From the NCBI RefSeq assembly GCF_006345805.1, contig NC_043022.1, forward strand, positions 23,746,001 through 23,810,000: a stretch of 64,000 nucleotides of DNA, given 5' to 3'. The DNA comes from Octopus sinensis. Its lineage: Eukaryota. Numbering within the stretch: position 1 is the first letter of the stretch; every line of letters starts with the position of its first letter. Position numbers and translations under genes: made by a program. Positions 53,113 to 64,000 of the stretch are shown here, one piece after another. The notes under the pieces were generated by a model. The model searched no databases and had not been told where the DNA came from. It worked only from the letters and a program-made list of their open reading frames with translations.

Positions 53113-53570
53113 TAGTTGACAAAATCAAAAACAAACAATGCACATGCACAAAATTAAGAATATAAAATGGCGACAATTTACCCCTTGCACTCTGTATATT
53201 TAAGAGTTTTCATGAAATATATAACATATAACATATAAGACTGATCCTTCTTAACAGACATATTTATAAACATATCACAAGATTACCAAGATTACCATTA
53301 ACATATCACATTGTTGACTTGTTGAAACAGTTGTCAACAATGAAATAAAAATATCTCAATCTCCAATCTATCTTTATTATTTAGGAATCTATGACAGAAT
53401 TAGAATTTGCAGACGTTCTGCAATTTCATAAGAAGATATTCCTCCATGCAACTTTCAGATAGCAACTGTCCACTGTTCCATTTGCTGTATTGTAACATAT
53501 ATAGGTAGTACCTAATAATACATAGTATCACCTAGTTATCACTCTCTATCTCTGTTTCTCTCTCTGTCTG

Positions 53571-53639
<69 letters not shown>

Positions 53640-54741
53640 ACCAAGACAATTTCTACTGACATCCAACATTCCCTCTTACCATTGAACACCTCCACCTTTA
53701 TGATATTCCTTCACTGTCTTCCCCCACATACTCTTGCAATCCTCAACCATCCTTCCTGATTCTTCTTCTGTCATTTCTACCAATCACCTTTTTTGACATG
53801 TTACCTTGTATGTACATACATATAGAATGATGAGGACACTCTAGCTTTAAATAACAGATGACAGCCTCATTGATGCTGGTTCCACAATAAAATGCATCTA
53901 GCCAATTGAGGAAAGACAATGTAAGTTTGAGAGAGTTCTTCAGTATTACTAAGGACATCACCTAAGGCAGGAAACTGGCAGAATCAGTAGCACACTGGGA
54001 AGAATGCTTAGCAGCATTTTATCTATCTTTACATTCTGAGTTCAAATTCCACCAAGGTTGACTTTGCCTTTCATCCTTTTGAGGTCAATATAGTAAGTAC
54101 CAGTTGAGTATTGGGGATTGATGTAATCAACTTAACCCCTCTCTGAAATCACTGGCCTTGTGCTAAAAGTTTGAAACCATTATTAAAGACATGACAACCT
54201 CTTTAGTGCTGGTACTTTGATAAAATGCATTCACTGTAGTCTGTGGAGTGGTTAGTGAAAAGAGTATCTGGCCATAGAAACCAAGCCAAAAGCAAAAGGT
54301 ACAAGTGAATGTGATCTTTTGATTTGTGTAGGGGTGGGGGGACAGTAACTCTATATAAGAATTGGACCATGACAGTCCATCCAGCCAAATGACACTACAG
54401 TAAACAGCCAAATGACACTACAGTAAACAGGTGTAAAATGATGATGATGGTGAATCCCATCTGATTCACGCAAGTGTGGAAAAGTGCACGTTAAACTGAT
54501 GATGTAGGAGATGACAGGAGACTAGAATCTCTGGCAATATGCAGCTCTCAAAAAGACCTGCCTGCTTCTTCCCCACTTCCAAACATTATGCCAGCCTTCC
54601 TCGGTTCCTGTAGACTACCCAACCATGTCATCTCTTTCTGTATGCATGTATATATGTAAGTATGTTTGTATGTATGCATGTATATGTGTCTGTATGTATA
54701 TATATATATATGTGTGTATATATATATATATATTATATATA

Positions 54742-54783
<42 letters not shown>

Positions 54784-55657
54784 TATTATTATTGCTGCCA
54801 CTCCCTCCACACTCTTCTGCATTTTTCTATCTTCCCCAACTCATGGTTCTTTGTTTGTCCATCCTTCAACCCCACTCATTTTAACAGTCAGCCTCCCCAT
54901 TCCCGCATCATCTTCCTATTCAATCTTGCAAACACCCATCCACCCACCCATCCACTTCTACTCTCCTTGTGCTTTGTTAGGATACTTAAGCACCTCATTG
55001 CCCTTATCTATCTCTTGCAGCTCCTACTGTCATTTTCTTACTCTCTCTTCTTCCCCCTGCTAGAACTGAGCAGCTATGCAAACCCTCTATAAGAACCTGC
55101 TCTGATACTACCACCTCTCATAGTTCAATCCCCTCATCCCCCAGCAAGAAGCCAACTCCCCGACCTCCCACTGGGTTTGTCGTCCTGTGTGCTGCATAGT
55201 GACTTCAATAGTGCAGGTGACACAAAAAAGTGGTTGACATTAGGAAGGGCATCCAGCCCTTAAAAAAAAAACCATGCCAAAGCAGACACTGGAATTTGAT
55301 GCAGTCCTTGGACTCACTGGATCCTGTCAAACCATCCAGCCCTTGCCAGAATGGAACATAGATGTTAGATGATAATGATGATGATGATGATGATGATGGT
55401 GATGATATATTTTGTCTTTTACTCTTATTAGTCATTAGACTGCAGCCATGCTGGGGCACTACCTAGAAAAATTTTAGTCAAACAAATCGCCTCTAGTGCT
55501 TATTTTTGAAGACTGGTACTTATTCTATCTGCCTTATTATGCCAAACTATATTTCAGGGACATAAACATACCAACACTGGTTGTCGAGTGATGGTGGGGG
55601 ACAAATACAGACACAAATAGATACTCACACCTACACATATGGGATATATATATATAT

Positions 55658-55790
55658 ATTTCTGACGAAGAGCTCTGCTCGAAACATTAAATCGTCCTTC
55701 TTTCTTTCCTTTCCTGAGCGTCCAATAACACTATACTTGTTCCACGGCCTCGTGTTGTTGTGTTTTCTCTTTGTTCATGTTTGGATTAAC
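55658..55790 (+). mobile_element. 5'-truncated copy of the hammerhead-bearing element
   Basis: ATTT CTGACGA A GAGC TCT GCTC GAAA CATT AAAT...TTCCTGAGCGTCCAATAACACTATACTTG...GTTTGGATTAAC, matching 47140-47267. Confidence 0.7.
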
Positions 55791-55798
55791 TATATATA

Positions 55799-55856
<58 letters not shown>

Positions 55857-56414
55857 GTGCTGGTGGCACGGAAAAAGCACCCACTACACTCACGGAGTGC
55901 TTGGTGTTAGGAAGAGCATCCAGCTGTAGAAACACTGCTAGATCAGACTGGAGACTGGTGCAGCCTTCTGGCTTCCCAGATCCCAGTCGAACTGTCCAAC
56001 CCATGCTAGCATGGAGAATGGAGGTTAAACGATGATGATGATGATATATATATACAGTGTTCATTATTTTCCTCTCTTTCTGGTCTAACGACCCTCCATG
56101 TTTGTTTTCCTTTGGTTTCCATGTATGTCTCCACTGTCATGTTTTTGTTCCCAACTTTGACCCTCCATAAATCCTAAATTTTATTTAGGTACTTATGAGA
56201 GTAACTGTCTTCCAAGACTCATAATGTCGTTGGATGCTCGAAAGAAGGAGTTGATAGACAGCCAACAACTGATGAAGGGTCCTCTCTCTGTGCTTACTTG
56301 ACCTGTTTTCCATTTTTCTCATTGTTTACATGTTTAACACATTTGTTTACATATTTCATGTTATTTGCCCCATTGGTGATGTCCTGTACCCATATATGCA
56401 TGTATGTATATATG

Positions 56415-56466
<52 letters not shown>

Positions 56467-56542
56467 ACATTTATGTGTGTGTGTGTATTTCATGTTATTT
56501 CCCCTATTGTTGATGTCCTGTACCCATATATGCATGTATGTA

Positions 56543-56590
<48 letters not shown>

Positions 56591-57777
56591 ATTATATATA
56601 TATATATATCACACATTTATGTGTGTGTAGTCGCAGATAGGTATGTATGTAAATACATATGTGTATATACATACATGCAAATATGTAATATACACAGAAT
56701 ATTCTTCCCCATCCCCACATATTTTTACTTACATCCACACCCTATATCCTATAAGCCCGCATACCCATCCACTTACATACCCACATTAGTGTGTTCTGTT
56801 ACCTGGCAACAAGCAAGATTTTACAAACTAACACTGACTTTACACCTTTAACACTAACTCACTCATCAGCTAAAAAAAAAATATGTGGAAATCAAAACCC
56901 AGCCCATGCAATATGTATGTATGTATGTAGGTATGTATGTATGCATGTATGTGTGTGGGGGGGCGTTATGTATGCATGTATGTACGTGTATATATATATA
57001 TATATTATATATATATATATATATGCATGCATGCTTTTTTGTTTATACATATATGTGTGTGTGTGCATGTGTATCTATGCATGTATGTACTTTGTATCTA
57101 TGTATGTATGCATGCATATATGTATGCATATATGTATGTATGCATGTATATATGTATCCATATATCTATACATGCATTTATGTGTGCATGTATGTATGTG
57201 TGTGTCTATGTATGTATATATATATCCATGTATGTATGTCTGTATGCATCTTTGTGTGCATATATGTATATGTAGTATGTTGTAGTTATGAATGTATGTG
57301 TGTATATATATTCATATGCATGCATGCTTTTTTGTTTATACATATATATATGTGTATCTATGCATGTATGCACGGATGCATGCATTTATGTATGTTTGCA
57401 GGTATATATGTATGTATCCATATATCTATACATGCATTTATGTATGTATGTATGTATGTATGTATGTATGTATGTATGTATGTATGTCTATATGCAAGTA
57501 TGTTCTCTTCTATTTCTAATTCTTTGAAATCTTCCTGCAAGGAAGGAGCTGGTTTCTAACAAAATTATAAAGTGCCATCACTAGAATAAAGATAACAATG
57601 ACAAACTCACATTTTAAATTTTAGAAATGTCTTGTATATTTTTACTGTTGCACTTACTGATTGCATTTGTCATGTGCAAATTAGCTGGTTGATTTCTTTT
57701 TCTGAAAACCTCAACTTATCCAGACTGTCACATAGGCATTTACTCACAAAACCAAGTGCATCAATTATTATTGGTTA

Positions 57778-57849
57778 AGCAGAGTGGTACAGTGAAAGCA
57801 TGCTGGGCTCATAACCCAGAGGTCCATAGATCGAAACCATGCTCTGCTA
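57778..57849 (+). tRNA. Initiator tRNA-Met(CAT), probably a pseudogene
   Basis: AGCAGAGTGGTACAGTGAAAGCATGCTGGGCTCATAACCCAGAGGTCCATAGATCGAAACCATGCTCTGCTA: 72 nt, A1-U72, GATCGAAA T-loop typical of eukaryotic tRNAi, CAT anticodon, T-run about 14 nt downstream; mismatches in the D and T stems. Confidence 0.88.
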
Positions 57850-57994
57850 AGGAATTGTAAGCTTTTTTTAAGGCACAGGCACAGCTGTGTGGTAAGAAGC
57901 TTGCTTCCCAACCACATGGTTCTGGGTTCAGTCCTACTGCATGGCCTTGTGAGTGGATTCAATAGAGGCAAACTGAAAGAAGCCTGTCATATAT

Positions 57995-58354
57995 ATATAT
58001 ATATAAAATCCGTTCTGTCTGTCTGTGTGTGTGTCTTCTAGGATCTCGGGCATCCTCCATCCAATTGCACTCAAATTTGATGTGTAGATACCAATGGTAT
58101 CAGGGCATGTATAAGTCTTGAAAAAATTACAAAAATCGATTCCAGGTGAGAATACGATCGATAAAGCATTCTTTGGAATAGAAAAAGAGTCTATCTTTAT
58201 TTCCTCTTTTGCTGCTGTCTCAAATTTAGGTTAAATCAGTGTTTCTCAAAGGGGAGGCCTATGGGATGGTCGGACAAGTTGTTTTCAGAAAATTCGGTTT
58301 AAATATTTGACAACTCAGCACCCTCCATTGGACAGGGGGGGGCCTTTTGCTCGT
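57995..58354 (+). mobile_element. Non-autonomous Helitron-like element (longer copy) inserted in a SINE's (TA)n
   Basis: Homologous to 39171-39424 plus ~105 extra internal bp; ends GGGGGGGCCTTTTGCTCGT. Confidence 0.6.
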
Positions 58355-58964
58355 ATATATTTATATATATATATATGTGTGTGTGTATATATTTATATTT
58401 ACCTGTTTCTTTGTGTCTATGTTTGTCCCCCTACCATCACTTGACAACTGATGTGGGTGTGTTTATGTCCCCATAGTGTAGCAGTTCAGCAAAAGAGACT
58501 GATAGAATAAGTACAAGGCTTACAAAGAATAAGTCCTGGGTTCGATTTCTTTGACTAAAACCTTTTAAGGTAGTGCTCCAGCATGGCTGCAATCAAATGA
58601 CTGAAACAAGTAAAAGAATAAAAGAAAATGTGAATTTATAATCTGGATATAGAAGATAGGAGTTTTCAAGTAGTTGTTCTTGTTTGCTTCTCTTTTCTTT
58701 TTGTATGTATGCATGTCCTGAACTAATACCACGAAGCAGTTTGTCTGCGACTCTACTGATTCTGCTAGTTCACCACTTTTAATGTTTTCTGATGTTTGTA
58801 CAAATTCAGCAGTTTTGAGGGAAAGGTATTAATCAATGATATTTGCTTCAATATCAACCCCAGAGGAATGAGAAACAAAGTTGAATTTGGTGGAATTTGA
58901 ACTTGAGTAGATACTTCAAGGCATTTCATCCAACATTCTAAAGACTTTGCCAATCATTTGCCCT

Positions 58965-58980
58965 TAATAATAATAATAAC

Positions 58981-59068
<88 letters not shown>

Positions 59069-59085
59069 ATAATAATAATAATAAC

Positions 59086-59138
<53 letters not shown>
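58965..59138. repeat. Compound (AAT)n-(AGT)n-(AAT)n microsatellite
   Basis: Read directly. Confidence 0.97.
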
Positions 59139-59139
<1 letters not shown>

Positions 59140-59352
59140 TCTTTCTATTATAAGTATAAGACCTGAAATTTTGTGGGGAGGGCTATGCTACTCATTTACA
59201 TTGATGCCAGTATGTAACTGGTACTTATTTCATTGATCCTGAGAGGAGGAAAGGCAAACCCAACCTCGGCAGAATCTGAACTCAGAATGTTAAGACAAAT
59301 GAAATGCTGCTAAGCATTTTGTCCAACATGCTAACATTTCTGCCAGTTTGTC

Positions 59353-59397
<45 letters not shown>

Positions 59398-59986
59398 TTT
59401 GCCCTGGTGCAGTACTGGGCAGTGGCTCTCATGTCTTCTGATCTTAACTGAAGTGTTATAATGTATATTGTTTTGTCTTGGTATAAAAGATGGGCTACAG
59501 CAAATATTCTGCTCAGTACCACAGATTTGCTTGTCAGTTGTTTGACCCAAACCAGTTGAGCACGTCCCTTAGTGGCTGATATGAGCATCTCTGATCACGA
59601 GCAGAAGTAGTGGGGAAGCATCATAGCCATGTGCTGAGAGGAATTCTTTGGAGTTTGGATAATTCACCTCTGGAAACATGGGTGTGTCGTTCAACATCCT
59701 TAAACAACCCTTATTCAGGGACTTTTTGAGCAGGATAGGCTACTTGACCTGAAGAAACTTCTAACTGGGACCCACCTGCAAGGTCATGTGCTGTTTATCT
59801 TGATATGAGATTACCATGTCATGCACATATGGTTGTGATGCATGTGCTTGGTGTACCCTTATCAGACGTGTAGTCATGACGGGTATATTGGGCTTCGTAT
59901 AATTGTACCCCAGTGTCACTTTGATGGCATGCACTGCTCTTCACACAATAATAATAATAATAATAATATTAATAATAATAATAATG

Positions 59987-60020
<34 letters not shown>

Positions 60021-60457
60021 TAATTTATGAAGATTGTTGTAACTCTTCACAAAGATAAATAAACAACATAATGAGAAGAGTGCAATGTGATTTGTAATAG
60101 AAATCAACTCAGTTTATTGAACTGAACAAATTGAACAATATTTCAACAGATTGTCCATCTTTCTCAGGTTCAAAATGGAAAATGGAAAAAACAAAAAATG
60201 CAGAAATGCAGAAATTCAAAATATGAACAGGAATATTGATTTCTTTTATTTGCCTCAGGGGCATACAATGAGGGGAACATTACAAATAATGATAATGAAG
60301 ATGAACAGTGATTTTTGTTTTTTATTTTGTTATCCTTAGTAAATACCTTCATGATGAAAAAGCCCCTTTCCTCCCTCTCTTTGTGAACCCCCACCACCAC
60401 TACCACCCCCTGACATATCACTTGAAGTATTTCAAGTCTATCTCCTCTAGCACTTAC

Positions 60458-60481
60458 ACCGGGTTGGTGGATGGTGTGCCC
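60458..60481 (-). CDS. Candidate 24-nt microexon (GHTIHQPG in phase 0)
   Basis: Strong acceptor CTCCCTCCTCTTCTCACTGTCAATTGACTCCGCCTCCTCCCCAG and consensus donor GGT|GTAAGT, in unique GC-richer sequence. Confidence 0.45.
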
Positions 60482-61190
60482 CTGGGGAGGAGGCGGAGTC
60501 AATTGACAGTGAGAAGAGGAGGGAGGTTGAGGGGAGCCTATCCTTGTTGTTACAAACCACACCACACCACACACCAATTCATCCCAGCCAACCACCCCCA
60601 ACACATACAGTTCCTGGGTTTTTAACTGATGCCAAATCTGGACTGAAATCTTAACAAGTTTATACACTGAAGAGATTTACACACACACACACACACAAAC
60701 ACAAACACACGCACGCACACACACACAAACACACGCACATGTGTATACAAACACACATGCATACCCAGCCATGCAAATATGCATACATATCATGCACAGA
60801 CACATGCATAGATACTTAAACATACCAAAATACATACACATACATGTATGCACACATAAAAGCAATCACTTAACTCTCTCTCTCTCTCCATCTCTCTCCA
60901 CATATACATACACACATATGTATACGCATACATGCACTCATACACACAATCTCTTATACAATTTCTTTCTCTATGCACACACATGTATATACACATGCAT
61001 ATATATACACAAACACACAGACAATATCTTACCCCCTCTCTCTCTCGCTCTCTTCTTCTTCTTTCTACATACACATACACATGGAAACAAGGAAAGACCA
61101 CATACAAACACCCCAAACAATTGAGAGCCACCAAATAACCATCCTACATACTAAAGATAGCAGCCAAATCACCCTCAGTCCATAACTTAC

Positions 61191-61305
61191 CACCTTAAAG
61201 AAGAAAATGTTGACTAAGTGGACCCTTGGTTCCTTGTACTCATTAAAAACATGATGGCCACTGTTGGAATACCTTTGGTCATTGGTCTGCTTGATTGGGA
61301 TTGAA
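61191..61305 (-). CDS. Candidate exon: 115 nt, or a 3-nt microexon GTG at 61191-61193
   Basis: Donor GTG|GTAAGT; two possible acceptors, TTATTTAATCTCAG (61306) and CATTTTCTTCTTTAAG (61194). The long form is open in one frame (SIPIKQTNDQRYSNSGHHVFNEYKEPRVHLVNIFFFKV). Confidence 0.3.
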
Positions 61306-61327
61306 CTGAGATTAAATAACTTAAAAT

Positions 61328-61371
<44 letters not shown>

Positions 61372-61604
61372 ATCTCTCTATCTCTCTCATGCATACACAT
61401 ATGCACTCTCATACACACAGACATACAATCTCTCTTACTCCCTTTCTCTCTGTCTGTGTCTCTCTCTCCATGTAACTGTGTGTGTATGTGTATATGTGTG
61501 TGTGTGTATGTTTGTATGTATAAAGATTCACTTATTTTCTTGTTACATATATAAGCAAACAATCTATAAATCTCTTTCTGTCTATCTGTCTGTCTGTCTG
61601 TCTT

Positions 61605-61637
<33 letters not shown>

Positions 61638-62129
61638 TATGCATGCACACACAAAAACATACACCCAAAGGAATGTTCCGGAACCTAGCTATGGGTTTTT
61701 AATCAGCATCTCTGTCTATCTGTCTGTTTGGCTGACAGCCTCTCTCTCTCTCTCTCTCTCATTTCTCTTCACCCTTTCTGTTTTTTACTCTCTCTCTTTC
61801 TCTCTCACTCTTGTCTTTTCTCTTCTTTCTCTTCACCCTTTCTGTTTTTCTCTCTCTCTCTCGCTGTCTTCTCAATCACTCTGTTTCTCTCTCTCCTCTG
61901 TTCTTTCTTTCCTCTCACTCTCACTGCCACACACACATACACACATACATACTCATAGATACCAAAATTGGTGCTGTTTTTTGCATAGTTCTGATTCTGG
62001 TGGAGGGATGAACGATATTAGGTTACCTAGAGCATCCAGCATCCCGCTTAACCTCCCACATGATCTCTCATATCAATCTAACTAGCTATCTAGCTCTCCC
62101 TCTTTCTCTGCATCTATCTCTCTCTTTCA

Positions 62130-62204
<75 letters not shown>

Positions 62205-62405
62205 GGTGTTATGATACAATTCAACCTATCTCTAACTACGCATTTAACTATCCATCTATCTATCTATCTATCTATCTGTCTGTTTGTCGGCCTGTCAGTC
62301 TGTAGATATACATATGTATGTATATATAGAGAGAAACAGTTAGATAGATAGATAGAGAAACAGATATGTATGTATATGTATGTGTGTATGTTGTGTATGC
62401 ATGTA

Positions 62406-62445
<40 letters not shown>

Positions 62446-63410
62446 GATATATATATACATCCACAAGTACATACATATGTACACAGATATATATTTGTGT
62501 GTATATACATATATGTAATACACACATGCATGCATATATATACGTATATTCTTTTACTTTTACTCCTTCACTTGTCTCAGTCATTTTGACTGTGGCCATG
62601 CTGGAGCACTGCCTTTAGTCAAACAAATCAACCCCAGGACTTATTCTTTGTAAGCCTAGCACTTATTATTTCAGTCTCTTTTGCCGATCCACTAAGTTAC
62701 GGGGACATAAACAAACCAGCATTGGTTGTCAAGCGATGGTGGGGTGGGAGGACAAACACAGACACACACAAGTATGCACACACACACACACACATAAGAT
62801 GGACTTCTTTCCATCTACCAAATTCACTCACAAGGCTTTGATTGGCCTGAAGCTATAGTAGAAGACACTTGCCCAAGGTGTCATGCAGTGGGACTTAACC
62901 CAGAATCATGTGGTTGGGAAGCAGCTTCTTACCACACAGCCACACCTATATGTAAGCATACATGTAAATCACACGCACACACACACACACATACACAGAT
63001 ATATTCAAAGTATTTAAAAATATATTAAAATGTATTTTATAATTTTACATAGTGCAATTATTATCAATATGTTGGTGTACAATGGACATATATATTTGTT
63101 ATACCAAAATTTAACAGTTTACTTCTGAAGTTTGCTTCAGGCTGTCCTGTTTATGCCATTATGTAAATAATGATGTCAGTGTCATCATTTATATCGGTTT
63201 GTTTACAAGTATATACAAGCATGTGTGTGTATTCTTGTTTAAATGCAAGCATGTGTATTTATTATTTGGATATATATGATTTGGCATATTTAAGGTAACC
63301 ATGTGTCAACATATGGCATATGAATGAGTATGCCTGTGTCCTCATATATGTGTGTGCATCCATATATATGGAGTTTGCAAGTGTGTGTATGTGTGTCCAT
63401 ACAATGTCTA

Positions 63411-63492
<82 letters not shown>

Positions 63493-63764
63493 TATTTATA
63501 TTATATATACTCTTTTAGTTGTTTCAGTCATTTGACAGTGGCCATGCTGGAGCACTGCCTTTAGTTGAGCAAATCGACTCCAGGACTTATTCTTTGTAAT
63601 CCTAGTACTTATTTTATTGGTCTCTTTTGCCGAAGCACTAAGTTACCGGTACATAAACACACCAGCATCGGTTGTCAAGCTGGATACCTTACTAATGCCA
63701 ACCACTTTACAGAGTGTAGCAGGTGCTTTTCATGTGGCACCAGCACTAGTGTGGTCACTTAGTA

Positions 63765-64000
63765 TTCACAAGAAAGAGTAAGGTCAGGAGAGTGAAGAGG
63801 ATGAAGTAAAACTTCCATATTTTGTGCCATAATCTTTTCTTGAGTGACTTGGGCAGTATGTGGTCTTTCATTATCCTGCAAAAGTAACATACTTTTACAA
63901 TTGATCCATGATGGATGTTTTTCTGTATATTTTTGTGCAATGCTTCCAATTAATGTCACTACCTCTCCACATTAATTGTTTCACTTCAGTTTAGCTTTTC
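63765..64000 (-). pseudogene. Mariner transposase fragment running off the window edge
   Basis: LLLQDNERPHTAQVTQEKIMAQNMEVLLHPLHSPDLTLS corresponds to the HDNARPH...HPPYSPDLAPSD motifs. Confidence 0.88.

Noticed and set aside
54390-54435. 23-bp direct repeat CAGCCAAATGACACTACAGTAAA x2, and other short repeats, as CRISPR-like arrays
   Set aside because: No spacers, only two units, eukaryotic context; simple slippage.
56225-56300. CGAAAG...CAACTGATGAAGGG as a permuted (type II/III) hammerhead; similar CAACTGATGA at ~45220 on the minus strand
   Set aside because: I could not build stem III with a valid NUH triplet and stem I together. It may be a repeat end related to PLEs, but it is not a supportable ribozyme.
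59400-59950. ~550-bp segment between (AAT)n tracts that looks like a dispersed repeat
   Set aside because: Only one copy in the window and no diagnostic ends or ORF; cannot classify without a search.
60170-60667. 165-aa (-) and 105-aa (+) ORFs in unique sequence
   Set aside because: Low-complexity composition and no recognisable domain; the splice signals inside point to a 24-nt exon rather than a single-exon gene.

Overview
AT-rich eukaryotic genomic DNA dominated by microsatellites and dispersed repeats. The repeat families look like those of an octopus (coleoid cephalopod); this is recognition from memory, not a database result. No intact multi-exon gene or complete ORF is visible, and almost all ORF-track entries are translations of (TA)n, (CA)n or (TATG)n tracts. 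Supported content: decayed RTE LINEs and many copies of their 3' UTR, a Penelope-like RT remnant, mariner DD34D and DD37D (maT-like) transposase remnants, many MITEs and tRNA-derived SINEs, and one initiator tRNA-Met pseudogene. There are also two ~1.2 kb tandem duplications and a ~1 kb palindrome with an extra tandem copy. The most interesting hidden layer is a set of six type I hammerhead-ribozyme-like motifs in at least three architectures: an inverted pair with a CCGACGA core, a canonical core with a long structured stem II, and minimal motifs in ~130-210 bp TA-embedded elements. Together they suggest Penelope/retrozyme-type self-cleaving elements. Several frame-preserving minus-strand microexon candidates (3, 12, 24, 36 nt) suggest the window may lie inside the introns of a large, unidentified minus-strand gene.
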